DNA from: Eledone cirrhosa
Taxonomy: Eukaryota
Reading direction: 5' to 3'
DNA: 64,000 nt
Assembly (NCBI GenBank): GCA_964016885.1
Contig: OZ024743.1
Span: 131,750,001-131,814,000, forward strand
The translations under genes and the position numbers were made by a program. Within the stretch, counting starts at the first letter, position 1. Every line of letters begins with the position of its first letter. The notes under the pieces were generated by a model, which was not told where the DNA came from, did no database searches, and saw nothing but the letters and a program-made list of their open reading frames with translations. This document shows positions 39,501 through 52,400 of this stretch, one piece after another.

Positions 39501-42020
39501 GTTTGGTGCTAGGTGCTTGGTGCTTGGTCTTTGGTGTTTGGTGCTTGGTGCTTGGTGCTTGGTGTTTGGTGCTTGGTGCTTGGTGCTTGGTAATTAGTGT
39601 TTAGTGCTTGGTACTTGGGGTTTGGTGTTTGGTGCTTGGTGCTTGGTGTTTGGTGTTTGCTGTATGGTGTTTGTTGTTTCGTGTTTGGTGTTTGGTGTTT
39701 GGTGTTTAATGCTTGGTGCTTGGTGTTTGGTGCTTGGTGTTAGGTGTTTGGTGCTTGGTGTTTGGTACTTGGTGCTTGGTGCTTGGTGTTAAGTGTTTGG
39801 TGCTTGGTGTTTGGTGCTTCGTGCTTGGTGCTTGGTGTTTGGTGCATGGTGCTTGGTGTTTGGGGCTTGGTGCCTGGTGCTTTCTGTTTGGTGCTAGGTG
39901 CTTGGTGCTTGGTCTTTGGTGTTTGGTGCTTGGTGCTTGGTGCTTGCTGTTTGGTGCTTGGTGCTTGGTGTTTGGTGCTTGGTGCTTGGTGCTGGGTGTT
40001 TGGTGCTTGGTGCTTGGTGTTTGGTGCTTGGTGCTTGATGCTTGGTGCTTGGTGTTTGGTCCTTGGTGCTTGGTGCTCGGTCTTTGGTGCTTGGGGTTTG
40101 GTGTTTGGTGCTTGGTGCTTGGTGTTTGGTGCTTGGTGCTTGGTGCTTGGTGTTTGGTGTTTGGTGCTTGCTGCTTGGTGCTTGGTGTTTGGTGTTTGGT
40201 GTTTGGTGCTTGGTGCTTGGTGTTTGGTGCTTGGTGTTTGGTGCTTGGTGTATGTACTTGGTGCTTGGTGCTTGGTGTTTGGTGCTTGGTTCTTGGTGTT
40301 TGGTGCTTGGTGCTTGGTGCTTGGTGTTTGGTGCTTGGTGCTTGGTGTTTGGTACTTGGTGCTTGGTGTTTGGTGTTTGGTGCTTGGTGTTTGGTGCTTG
40401 GTGCTTGGTGCTTGGTGTTAAGTGTTTGGTGCTTGGTGCTTCGTGTTTGGTGCTTGGTGCTTGGTGCTTGGTGCTTGGTGTTTGGTGCATGGTGCTTGAT
40501 GTTTGGGGCTTGGTGCCTGGTGCTTGGTGTTTGGTGCTTGGTGCTTGGTGCTTGGTGTTTGGTGTTTGGTGCTTGGTGCTTGGTGTTTGGTGCTTGGTGT
40601 TTGGTGCTTGGTGTTCGGTGCTTGGTGCTTGGTGCTTGGTACTTGGTGTTAGGTTTTTGGTGCTTGGGGCTTGGTGTTTGGTGTTTGGTGCTTGGTGCTT
40701 GGTGTTTGGTGTTTGGTGCTTGGTGTTTGGTGTTTGGTGCTTTGTGCTTGGTGTTTGGTGCTGGGTGTATGGTGTTTGGTGCTTGGTGCTTGGTGCTTGG
40801 TGTTTGGTGTTTGGTGCTTGGTACTTGGTGTTTGGTGTTTGATGCTTGGTGTTTGATGCTTGTTGCTTGGTGCTTGGTGTTTTGTGTTTGGTGTTTGGTG
40901 CTTGGTGTATGTACTTGGTGCTTGGTGCTTGGTGTTTGGTGCTTGGTTCTTGGTGTTTGGTGCTTGGTGCTTGGTGCTTGGTGTTTGGTGCTTGGTGCTT
41001 GGTGTTTGGTGCTTGGTGTTTGGTGTTTGGTGCTTGGTGTTTGGTACTTGGTGCTTGGTGCTTGGTTTTAAGTGTTTAGTGCTTGGTGCTTGGTGTTTGG
41101 TGCCTCGTGCTTGGTACTTGGTGTTTGGTGCATGGTGCTTGGTGTTTGGGGCTTGGTGCCTGGTGCTTTGTGTTTGGTGCTAGGTGCTTGGTGCTTGGTC
41201 TTTGGTGATTGGTGCTTGGTGCTTGGTGCTTGGTGTTTGGTGCTTGGTGCTTGGTGCTTGGTTATTAGTGTTTGGTGCTTGGTGCTTGGGGTTTGGTGTT
41301 TGGTGCTTGGTGCTTGGTGTTTGGTGTTTGCTGTATGGTGTTTGCTGTTTCGTGTTTGGTGTTTGCTGTTTGGTGTTTAATGCTTGGTGCTTGGTGCTTG
41401 GTGTTTGGTGGTTGGTGCTTGGTGCTTGGTGATTGGCGTTTGCTCTTTGCTGTTTTGTGTTTGGTGCATGCTGTTTGGTGTTTGGTGTTTGGTGTTTGGT
41501 GTTTGGTGTTTGGTGCTTGCTGTTTGGTGCTTGGTGCTTGGTGTTTGGTGTTTGGTGTTTGGTGCTTGGTGCTTGGTGTTTGGTGGTTGGTGCTTGGTGC
41601 TGGGTGTTTGGTGCTTGGTGCTTGGTGTTTGGTGCTTGGTGCTTGGTGCTTGGTGCTTGGTCTTTGGTGCTTGGTGTTTGGTGTTTGGTGCTTGGTGCTT
41701 GGTGTTTGGTGCTTGGGGCTTGGTGTTTGGTGCTTGGTGATTGCTGCTTGGTGTTTGGTGTTTGGTGCTTGGTGCTTGTTGCTTGGTGATTAGTGTTTGG
41801 TGCTTGGTGCTTGGTGCCTTGTGCTTGGTGCTTGGTGCTTGTTGTTTCGTGCTTGGTGCTTGGTGATTAGTGTTTGGTGCTTGGTGCTTGGTGCCTGGTG
41901 CTTGGTGCTTGTTGTTTGGTGCTTGGTGCTTGGTGATTAGTGTTTGGTGCCTGGTGCTTGGTGCTTGCTGTTTGGTGGTTGCTGTTTGGTGCTTGGTGTT
42001 TGGTGCTTGGTGCTTGGTGC
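31143..42020 (+). repeat. ~5.4-kb tandem duplication (copy 1 ~31143-36577, copy 2 ~36578-42020) with later whole-monomer indels and substitutions
   Basis: Offsets 5435 (31359/36794, 33705/39140), 5442 (34810/40252), 5394 (35878/41272) and 5422 (36518/41940). Both copies share an internal 385-bp duplication and the rare monomer CTCGTGC. Confidence 0.88.
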
Positions 42021-45000
42021 TGGGTGGTTGGTGTTTGGTGCTTGGTGCTTGGTGTTTGGTGCTTGGTGCTTGGTGCTTGTTGTTTGGTGCTTGGTGATTG
42101 GTCTTTGGTGCTTGGTGTTTGGTGTTTGGTGCTTGGTGCTTGGTGCTTGGTTTTTGGTGCTTGGTGCTTGGTGCTTGGTGTTTGGTGCTTGGTGCTTGGT
42201 GCTTGTTGTTTGGTGTTTGGTGCTTGGTGCTTGGTGTTTGGTGCTTGGTGCCTGGTGCTTGGTGTTTGGTGCTTGGTGCTTGGTGTTTGCTGATTGGTGC
42301 TTGGTGCTTGGTGCTTAGTGCTTGGTGTTTGGTGTTTGGTGTTTGGTGTTTGGTGTTTCGTGCTTGGTGTCTAGTGTTTGGGTTTTGGTGTTTGGTGCTT
42401 GGTGCTTAGTGTTTGGTGTTTGGTGCTTGGTGCTTGGTGTTTGGTGTTTGGTGCTTGGTGTTTGGTGCTGGGTGCTTTGTGCTTGGTGTTTGGTGCTGGG
42501 TGTATGGTGTTTGGTGCTTGGTGCTTGGTGCTTGGTGCTTGGTGTTTGGTGTTTGGTGCTTGGTACTTGGTGTTTGGTGTTTGATGCTTGGTGTTTGATG
42601 CTTGTTGCTTGGTGCTTGGTGTTTTGTGTTTGGTGTTTGGTGCTTGGTGTATGTACTTGGTGCTTGGTGCTTGGTGTTTGGTGCTTGGTTCTTGGTGTTT
42701 GGGGCTTGGTGCTTGGTATTTGGTGCTTGGTGTTTGGTGTTTGGTGCTTGGTGTTTGGTACTTGGTGCTTGGTGCTTGGTGTTAAGTGTTTGGTGCTTGG
42801 TGCTTGGTGTTTGGTGCTTCGTGCTTGGTTCTTGGTGTTTGGTGCATGGTGCTTGGTGTTTGGGGCTTGGTGCCTGGTGCTTTGTGTTTGGTGCTAGGTG
42901 CTTGGTGCTTGGTCTTTGGTGTTTGGTGCTTGGTGCTTGGTGCTTGGTGTTTGGTGCTTGGTGCTTGGTGCTTGGTTATTAGTGTTTGGTGCTTGGTGCT
43001 TGGGGTTTGGTGTTTGGTGCTTGGTGCTTGGTGTTTGGTGTTTGCTGTATGGTGTTTGCTGTTTCTTGTTTGGTGTTTGCTGTTTGGTGTTTAATGCTTG
43101 GTGCTTGGTGCTTGGTGTTTGGTGCTTGGTGGTTGGTGCTTGGTGTTTGGCGTTTGCTCTTTGCTGTTTGGTGTTTGGTGCTAGCTGTTTGGTGTTTGGT
43201 GTTTGGTGTTTGGTGTTTGGTGCTTGCTGTTTGGTGCTTGGTGCTTGGTGCTGGGTGTTTGGTGCTTGGTGCTGGGTGTTTGGTGCTTGGTGCTTGGTGT
43301 TTGGTCCTTGGTGCTTGGTGCTTGGTCTTTGGTGCTTGGGGTTTGGTGTTTGGTGCTTGGTGCTTGGTGTTTGGTGCTTGGTGCTTGGTGCTTGGTGTTT
43401 GGTGTTTGGTGCTTGCTGCTTGGTGCTTGGTGTTTGGTGCTTGGTCCTTGGTGATTAGTGTTTGGTGCATGGTGCTTGGTGTTTGTTGTCTGGTGCTTGG
43501 TGCTTGGTGTTTGGTGCTTGGTGCTTGCTGTTTGGTGTTTGGTGTTTGGTGCTTGGTGCTTGGTGTTTGGTGCTTGGTGTTTGGTTCTTGGTGTATGTAC
43601 TTGGTGCTTGGTGCTTGGTGTTTGGTGCTTGGTTCTTGGTGTTTGGTACTTGGTGTTTGGTGTTTGGTGCTTGGTGTTTGGTGCTTGGTGTTTGGTGCTT
43701 GGTGCTTGGTGTTTGGTACTTGGTGCTTGGTGATTAGTGTTTGGTGCATGGTGCTTGGTGTTTGTTGTTTGGTGCTTGGTGCTTGGTGTTTGGTGCTTGG
43801 TGCTTCCTGTTTGGTGTTTGGTGTTTGGTGCTTGGTGCTTGGTGTTTGGTGCTTGGTGTTTGGTTCTTGGTGTATGTACTTGGTGCTTGGTGCTTGGTGT
43901 TTGGTGCTTGGTTCTTGGTGTTTGGTGCTTGGTGTTTGGTGTTTGGTGCTTGGTGTTTGGTGCTTGGTGCTTGGTGCTTGGTGTTAAGTGTTTGGTGCAT
44001 GGTGCTTGGTGTTTGGTGCTTCGTGCTTGGTGCTTGGTGTTTGGTGCATGGTGCTTGATGTTTGGGGCTTGGTGCCTGGTGCTTGGTGTTTGGTGCTTGG
44101 TGCTTGGTGCTTGGTGTTTGGTGTTTGGTGCTTGGTGCTTGGTGTTTGGTGCTTGGTGTTTGGTGCTTGGTGTTCAGTGCTTGGTGCTTGGTGCTTGGTA
44201 CTTGGTGTTAGGTTTTTGGTGCTTGGGGCTTGGTGTTTGGTGTTTGGTGCTTGGTGCTTGGTGTTTGGTGTTTGGTGCTTGGTGCTTGGTGTTTGGTGCT
44301 TGGGGCTTGGTGTTTGGTGCTTGGTGATTGCTGCTTGGTGTTTGGTGTTTGGTGCTTGGTGCTTGTTGCTTGGTGATTAGTGTTTGGTGCTTGGTGCTTG
44401 GTGCCTTGTGCTTGGTGCTTGGTGCTTGTTGTTTCGTGCTTGGTGCTTGGTGATTAGTGTTTGGTGCTTGGTGCTTGGTGCCTGGTGCTTGGTGCTTGTT
44501 GTTTGGTGCTTGGTGCTTGGTGATTAGTGTTTGGTGCCTGGTGCTTGGTGCTTGCTGTTTGGTGGTTGCTGTTTGGTGCTTGGTGTTTGGTGCTTGGTGC
44601 TTGGTGCTGGGTGGTTGGTGTTTGGTGCTTGGTGCTTGGTGTTTGGTGCTTGGTGCTTGGTGCTTGTTGTTTGGTGCTTGGTGATTGGTCTTTGGTGCTT
44701 GGTGTTTGGTGTTTGGTGCTTGGTGCTTGGTGCTTGGTTTTTGGTGCTTGGTGCTTGGTGCTTGGTGTTTGGTGCTTGGTGCTTGGTGCTTGTTGTTTGG
44801 TGTTTGGTGCTTGGTGCTTGGTGTTTGGTGCTTGGTGCCTGGTGCTTGGTGTTTGGTGCTTGGTGCTTGGTGTTTGCTGATTGGTGCTTGGTGCTTGGTG
44901 CTTAGTGCTTGGTGTTTGGTGTTTGGTGTTTGGTGTTTGGTGTTTCGTGCTTGGTGTCTAGTGTTTGGGTTTTGGTGTTTGGTGCTTGGTGCTTAGTGTT

Positions 45001-46871
45001 TGGTGTTTGGTGCTTGGTGCTTGGTGTTTGGTGTTTGGTGCTTGGTGTTTGGTGCTGGGTGCTTTGTGCTTGGTGTTTGGTGCTGGGTGTATGGTGTTTG
45101 GTGCTTGGTGCTTGGTGCTTGGTGCTTGGTGTTTGGTGTTTGGTGCTTGGTACTTGGTGTTTGGTGTTTGATGCTTGGTGTTTGATGCTTGTTGCTTGGT
45201 GCTTGGTGTTTTGTGTTTGGTGTTTGGTGCTTGGTGTATGTACTTGGTGCTTGGTGCTTGGTGTTTGGTGCTTGGTTCTTGGTGTTTGGGGCTTGGTGCT
45301 TGGTATTTGGTGCTTGGTGTTTGGTGTTTGGTGCTTGGTGTTTGGTACTTGGTGCTTGGTGCTTGGTGTTAAGTGTTTGGTGCTTGGTGCTTGGTGTTTG
45401 GTGCTTCGTGCTTGGTTCTTGGTGTTTGGTGCATGGTGCTTGGTGTTTGGGGCTTGGTGCCTGGTGCTTTGTGTTTGGTGCTAGGTGCTTGGTGCTTGGT
45501 CTTTGGTGTTTGGTGCTTGGTGCTTGGTGCTTGGTGTTTGGTGCTTGGTGCTTGGTGCTTGGTTATTAGTGTTTGGTGCTTGGTGCTTGGGGTTTGGTGT
45601 TTGGTGCTTGGTGCTTGGTGTTTGGTGTTTGCTGTATGGTGTTTGCTGTTTCTTGTTTGGTGTTTGCTGTTTGGTGTTTAATGCTTGGTGCTTGGTGCTT
45701 GGTGTTTGGTGCTTGGTGGTTGGTGCTTGGTGTTTGGCGTTTGCTCTTTGCTGTTTGGTGTTTGGTGCTTGCTGTTTGGTGTTTGGTGTTTGGTGTTTGG
45801 TGTTTGGTGCTTGCTGTTTGGTGCTTGGTGCTTGGTGCTGGGTGTTTGGTGCTTGGTGCTGGGTGTTTGGTGCTTGGTGCTTGGTGTTTGGTCCTTGGTG
45901 CTTGGTGCTTGGTCTTTGGTGCTTGGGGTTTGGTGTTTGGTGCTTGGTGCTTGGTGTTTGGTGCTTGGTGCTTGGTGCTTGGTGTTTGGTGTTTGGTGCT
46001 TGCTGCTTGGTGCTTGGTGTTTGGTGCTTGGTCCTTGGTGATTAGTGTTTGGTGCATGGTGCTTGGTGTTTGTTGTCTGGTGCTTGGTGCTTGGTGTTTG
46101 GTGCTTGGTGCTTGCTGTTTGGTGTTTGGTGTTTGGTGCTTGGTGCTTGGTGTTTGGTGCTTGGTGTTTGGTTCTTGGTGTATGTACTTGGTGCTTGGTG
46201 CTTGGTGTTTGGTGCTTGGTTCTTGGTGTTTGGTACTTGGTGTTTGGTGTTTGGTGCTTGGTGTTTGGTGCTTGGTGTTTGGTGCTTGGTGCTTGGTGTT
46301 TGGTACTTGGTGCTTGGTGATTAGTGTTTGGTGCATGGTGCTTGGTGTTTGTTGTTTGGTGCTTGGTGCTTGGTGTTTGGTGCTTGGTGCTTCCTGTTTG
46401 GTGTTTGGTGTTTGGTGCTTGGTGCTTGGTGTTTGGTGCTTGGTGTTTGGTTCTTGGTGTATGTACTTGGTGCTTGGTGCTTGGTGTTTGGTGCTTGGTT
46501 CTTGGTGTTTGGTGCTTGGTGTTTGGTGTTTGGTGCTTGGTGTTTGGTGCTTGGTGCTTGGTGCTTGGTGTTAAGTGTTTGGTGCATGGTGCTTGGTGTT
46601 TGGTGCTTCGTGCTTGGTGCTTGGTGTTTGGTGCATGGTGCTTGATGTTTGGGGCTTGGTGCCTGGTGCTTGGTGTTTGGTGCTTGGTGCTTGGTGCTTG
46701 GTGTTTGGTGTTTGGTGCTTGGTGCTTGGTGTTTGGTGCTTGGTGTTTGGTGCTTGGTGTTCAGTGCTTGGTGCTTGGTGCTTGGTACTTGGTGTTAGGT
46801 TTTTGGTGCTTGGGGCTTGGTGTTTGGTGTTTGGTGCTTGGTGCTTGGTGTTTGGTGTTTGGTGCTTGGTG
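41664..46871 (+). repeat. Near-identical 2,587-bp tandem duplication (copy 1 41664-44250, copy 2 44251-46837)
   Basis: ATGTAC at 42651/43595/43874 recurs at 45238/46182/46461. The ORF track repeats at +2587. Both copies share the rare monomers TTCCTGT (43804/46391) and TCAGTGC. Confidence 0.95.
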
Positions 46872-49499
46872 TTTGGTGCTTGGTGCTTTGTGCTTGGTGT
46901 TTGGTGCTGGGTGTATGGTGTTTGGTGCTTGGTGCTTGGTGCTTGGTGTTTGGTGTTTGGTGCTTGGTACTTGGTGTTTGGTGTTTGATGCTTGGTGTTT
47001 GATGCTTGTTGCTTGGTGCTTGGTGTTTTGTGTTTGGTGTTTGGTGCTTGGTGTTTGGTGCTTGGTGCTTGGTGTTTGGTGCTTTGGGCTTGGTGTTTGG
47101 TGTTTGGTGTTTGGTGTTTGGTGCTTGGTGCTTGGTGTTTGGTGCTTGGTGCTTGGTGCTGGGTGTTTGGTGCTTGGTGCTTGGTGTTTGGTGCTTGGTG
47201 CTTGATGCTTGGTGCTTGGTGTTTGGTCCTTGGTCCTTGTTGCTTGGTTTTTGGTGCTTGGGGTTTGGTGTTTGGTGCTTGGTGCTTGGTGTTTGGTGCT
47301 TGGTGCTTGGTGCTTGGTGTTTGGTGTTTGGTGCTTGCTGCTTGGTGCTTGGTGTTTGGTGCTTGGTGCTTGGTGATTAGTGTTTGGTGCATGGTGCTTG
47401 GTGTTTGTTGTTTGGTGCTTGGTGCTTGGTGTTTGGTGCTTGGTGCTTGGTGTTTGGTGCTTGGTGTTTGGTGCTTGGTGTATGTACTTGGTGCTTGGTG
47501 CTTGGTGTTTGGTGCTTGGTTCTTGGTGTTTGGTGCTTGGTGCTTGGTGCTTGGTGTTTGGAGCTTGGTGCTTGGTGTTTGGTACTTGGTGCTTGGTGTT
47601 TGGTGTTTGGTGCTTGGTGTTTGGTGCTTGGTGCTTGGTGCTTGGTGTTAAGTGTTTGGTGCTTGGTGCTTCGTGTTTGGTGCTTCGTGCTTGGTGCTTG
47701 GTGTTTGGTGCATGGTGCTTGATGTTTGGGGCTTGGTGCCTGGTGCTTGGTGTTTGGTGCTTGGTGCTTGGTGCTTGGTGTTTGGTGTTTGGTGCTTGGT
47801 GCTTGGTGTTTGGTGCTTGGTGTTTGGTGCTTGGTGTTCGGTGCTTGGTGCTTGGTGCTTGGTACTTGGTGTTAGGTTTTTGGTGCTTGGGGCTTGGTGT
47901 TTGGTGTTTGGTGCTTGGTGCTTGGTGTTTGGTGTTTGGTGCTTGGTGTTTGGTGTTTGGTGCTTTGTGCTTGGTGTTTGGTGCTGGGTGTATGGTGTTT
48001 GGTGCTTGGTGCTTGGTGCTTGGTGTTTGGTGTTTGGTGCTTGGTACTTGGTGTTTGGTGTTTGATGCTTGGTGTTTGATGCTTGTTGCTTGGTGCTTGG
48101 TGTTTTGTGTTTGGTGTTTGGTGCTTGGTGTATGTACTTGGTGCTTGGTGCTTGGTGTTTGGTGCTTGGTTCTTGGTGTTTGGTGCTTGGTGCTTGGTGC
48201 TTGGTGTTTGGTGCTTGGTGCTTGGTGTTTGGTGCTTGGTGTTTGGTGTTTGGTGCTTGGTGTTTGGTACTTGGTGCTTGGTGCTTTGTTTTAAGTGTTT
48301 AGTGCTTGGTGCTTGGTGTTTGGTGCTTCGTACTTGGTGCTTGGTGTTTGGTGCATGGTGCTTGGTGTTTGGGGCTTGGTGCCTGGTGCTTTGTGTTTGG
48401 TGCTAGGTGCTTGGTGCTTGGTCTTTGGTGCTTGGTGCTTGGTGCTTGGTGCTTGGTGTTTGGTGCTTGGTGCTTGGTGCTTGGTTATTATTTTTTGGTG
48501 CTTGGTGCTTGGTGATTAATGTTTGGTGCCTGGTGCTTGGTGCTTGCTGTTTGGTGGTTGCTGTTTGGTGCTTGGTGTTTGGTGCTCTGTGCTTGGTGCT
48601 GGGTGGTTGGTGTTTGGTGCTTGGTGCTTGGTGTTTGGTGCTTGGTGCTTGGTGCTTGTTGTTTGGTGCTTGGTGCTTGGTCTTTGGTGCTTGGTGTTTG
48701 GTGTGTGGTGCTTGGTGCTTGGTGCTTGGTTTTTGGTGCTTGGTGCTTGGTGCTTGGTGTTTGGTGCTTGGTGCTTGGTGCTTGTTGTTTGGTGTTTGGT
48801 GCTTGGTGCTTGGTGTTTGGTGCTTGGTGCCTGGTGCTTGGTGTTTGGTGCTTGGTGCTTGGTGTTTGCTGATTGGTGCTTGGTGCTTGGTGCTTAGTGC
48901 TTGGTGTTTGGTGTTTGGTGTTTGGTGTTTCGTGTTTCGTGCTTGGTGTCTAGTGTTTGGGTTTTGGTGTTTGGTGCTTTGTGCTTAGTGTTTGGTGTTT
49001 GGTGCTTGGTGCTTGGTGTTTGGTGTTTGGTGCTTGGTGTTTGGTGCTGGGTGCTTTGTGCTTGGTGTTTGGTGCTGGGTGTATGGTGTTTGGTGCTTGG
49101 TGCTTGGTGCTTGGTGTTTGGTGTTTGGTGCTTGGTACTTGGTGTTTGGTGTTTGATGCTTGGTGTTTGATGCTTGTTGCTTGGTGCTTGGTGTTTTGTG
49201 TTTGGTGTTTGGTGCTTGGTGTATGTACTTGGTGCTTGGTGCTTGGTGTTTGGTGCTTGGTTCTTGGTGTTTGGTGCTTGGTGCTTGGTGTTTGGTGCTT
49301 GGTGTTTGGTGTTTGGTGCTTGGTGTTTGGTACTTGGTGCTTGGTGCTTGGTGTTAAGTGTTTGGTGCTTGGTGCTTGGTGTTTGGTGCTTCGTGCTTGG
49401 TTCTTGGTGTTTGGTGCATGGTGCTTGGTGTTTGGGGCTTGGTGCCTGGTGCTTTGTGTTTGGTGCTAGGTGCTTGGTGCTTGGTCTTTGGTGTTTGGT

Positions 49500-52400
49500 G
49501 CTTGGTGCTTGGTGCTTGGTGTTTGGTGCTTGGTGCTTGGTGCTTGGTTATTAATGTTTGGTGCTTGGTGCTTGGGGTTTGGTGTTTGGTGCTTGGTGCT
49601 TGGTGTTTGGTGTTTGCTGTATGGTGTTTGCTGTTTCGTGTTTGGTGTTTGCTGTTTGGTGTTTAATGCTTGGTGCTTGGTGCTTGGTGTTTGGTGCTTG
49701 GTGCTTGGTGCTTGGTGTTTGGCGTTTGCTCTTTGCTGTTTGGTGTTTGGTGCTTGCTGTTTGGTGTTTGGTGTTTGGTGTTTGGTGTTTGGTGCTTGCT
49801 GTTTGGTGCTTGGTGCTTGGTGCTGGGTGTTTGGTGCTTGGTGCTGGGTGTTTGGTGCTTGGTGCTTGGTGTTTGGACCTTGGTGCTTGGTGCTTGGTCT
49901 TTGGTGCTTGGGGTTTGGTGTTTGGTGCTTGGTGCTCGGTGTTTGGTGCTTGGTGCTTGGTGCTTGGTGTTTGGTGTTTGGTGCTTGCTGCTTGGTGCTT
50001 GGTGTTTGGTGCTTGGTCCTTGGTGATTAGTGTTTGGTGCATGGTGCTTGGTGTTTGTTGTTTGGTGCTCGGTGCTTGGTGTTTGGTGCTTGGTGCTTGC
50101 TGTTTGGTGTTTGGTGTTTGGTGCTTGGTGCTTGGTGTTTGGTGCTTGGTGTTTGGTTCTTGGTGTATGTACTTGGTGCTTGGTGCTTGGTGTTTGGTGC
50201 TTGGTTCTTGGTGTTTGGTGCTTGGTGTTTGGTGCTTTGTGTTTGGTGCTTGGTGCTTGGTGTTTGGTACTTGGTGCTTGGTGATTAGTGTTTGGTGCAT
50301 GGTGCTTGGTGTTTGTTGTTTGGTGCTTGGTGCTTGGTGATTGGTGCTTGGTGCTTGCTGTTTGGTGTTTGGTGTTTGGTGCTTGGTGCTTGGTGTTTGG
50401 TGCTTGGTGTTTGGTTCTTGGTGTATGTACTTGGTGCTTGGTGCTTGGTGTTTGGTGCTTGGTTCTTGGTGTTTGGTGCTTGGTGTTTGGTGTTTGGTGC
50501 TTGGTGTTTGGTGCTTGGTGCTTGGTGCTTGGTGTTAGGTGTTTGGTGCATGGTGCTTGGTGTTTGGTGCTTCGTGCTTGGTGCTTGGTGTTTGGTGCAT
50601 GGTGCTTGATGTTTGGGGCTTGGTGCCTGGTGCTTGGTGTTTGGTGCTTGGTGCTTGGTGCTTGGTGTTTGGTGTTTGGTGCTTGGTGCTTGGTGTTTGG
50701 TGCTTGGTGTTTGGTGCTTGGTGTTCGGTGCTTGGTGCTTGGTGCTTGGTGCTTGGTACTTGGTGTTAGGTTTTTGGTGCTTGGGGCTTGGTGTTTGGTG
50801 TTTGGTGCTTGGTGCTTGGTGTTTGGTGTTTGGTGCTTGGTGTTTGGTGCTTGGTGCTTTGTGCTTGGTGTTTGGTGCTGGGTGTATGGTGTTTGGTGCT
50901 TGGTGGTTGGTGCTTGGTGTTTGGTGTTTGGTGCTTGGTACTTGGTGTTTGGTGTTTGATGCTTGGTGTTTGATGCTTGTTGCTTGGTGCTTGGTGTTTT
51001 GTGTTTGGTGTTTGGTGCTTGGTGTTTGGTGCTTGGTGCTTGGTGTTTGGTGCTTGGTGTTTGGTGTTTGGTGCTTGGTGTTTGTTACTTGGTGCTTGGT
51101 GCTTGGTGTTAAGTGTTTGGTGCTTGGTGCTTGGTGTTTGGTGCTTCGTGCTTGGTGCTTGGTGTCTGGTGCATGGTGCTTGGTGTTTGAGGCTTGGTGC
51201 CTGGTGCTTTGTGTTTGGTGCTAGGTGCTTGGTGCTTGGTCTTTGGTGTTTGGTGTTGGTGCTTGGTGCTTGGTGTTTGGTGCTTGGTGATTGGTGCTTG
51301 GTGCTTGGTTATTAGTGTTTGGTGCTTGGTGCTTGTGGTTTGGTGTTTGGTGCTTGGTGCTTGGTGTTTGGTGTTTGCTGTATGGTGTTTGCTGTTTCGT
51401 GTCTGGTGTTTGCTGTTTGGTGTTTAATGCTTGGTGCATGGTGTTTGGTGTTTGGTGTTTGGTGTTTGGTGTTTGGTGCTTGCTGTTTGGTGCTTGGTGC
51501 TTGGTGTTTGGTGTTTGGTGTTTGGTGCTTGGTGCTTGGTGTTTGGTGCTTGGTGCTTGGTGCTGGGTGTTTGGTGCTTGGTGCTTGGTGTTTGGTGCTT
51601 GGTGCTTGATGCTTGGTGCTTGGTGTTTGTTGTTTGGTGCTTGGTGCTTGGTGTTTGGTGCTTGGTGCTTGCTGTTTGGTGTTTGGTGTTTGGTGCTTGG
51701 TGCTTGGTCTTTGGTGTTTGGTGTTTGGTGTTTGGTGCTAGGTGCTTGGTGTTTGGTGCTTGGTGTTTGGTGCTTGGTGTTCGGTGCTTGGTGCTTGGTG
51801 CTTGGTACTTGGTGTTAGGTTTTTGGTGCTTGGGGCTTGGTGTTTGGTGTTTGGTGCTTGGTGCTTGGTATTTGGTGTTTGGTGCTTGGTGTTTGGTGTT
51901 TGGTGCTTTGTGCTTGGTGTTTGGTGCTGGGTGTATGGTGTTTGGTGCTTGGTGCTTGGTGCTTGGTGTTTGGTGTTTGGTGCTTGGTACTTGGTGTTTG
52001 GTGTTTGATGCTTGGTGTTTGATGCTTGTTGCTTGGTGCTTGGTGTTTTGTGTTTGGTGTTTGGTGCTTGGTGTATGTACTTGGTGCTTGGTGCTTGGTG
52101 TTTGGTGCTTGGTTCTTGGTGTTTGGTGCTTGGTGCTTGGTGCTTGGTGTTTGGTGCTTGGTGCTTGGTGTTTGGTGCTTGGTGTTTGGTGTTTGGTGCT
52201 TGGTGTTTGGTACTTGGTGCTTGGTGCTTGGTTTTAAGTGTTTAGTGCTTGGTGCTTGGTGTTTGGTGCTTCGTGCTTGGTGCTTGGTGTTTGGTGCATG
52301 GTGCTTGGTGTTTGGGGCTTGGTGCCTGGTGCTTTGTGTTTGGTGCTAGGAGCTTGGTGCTTGGTCTTTGGTGCTTGGTGCTTGGTGCTTGGTGCTTGGT

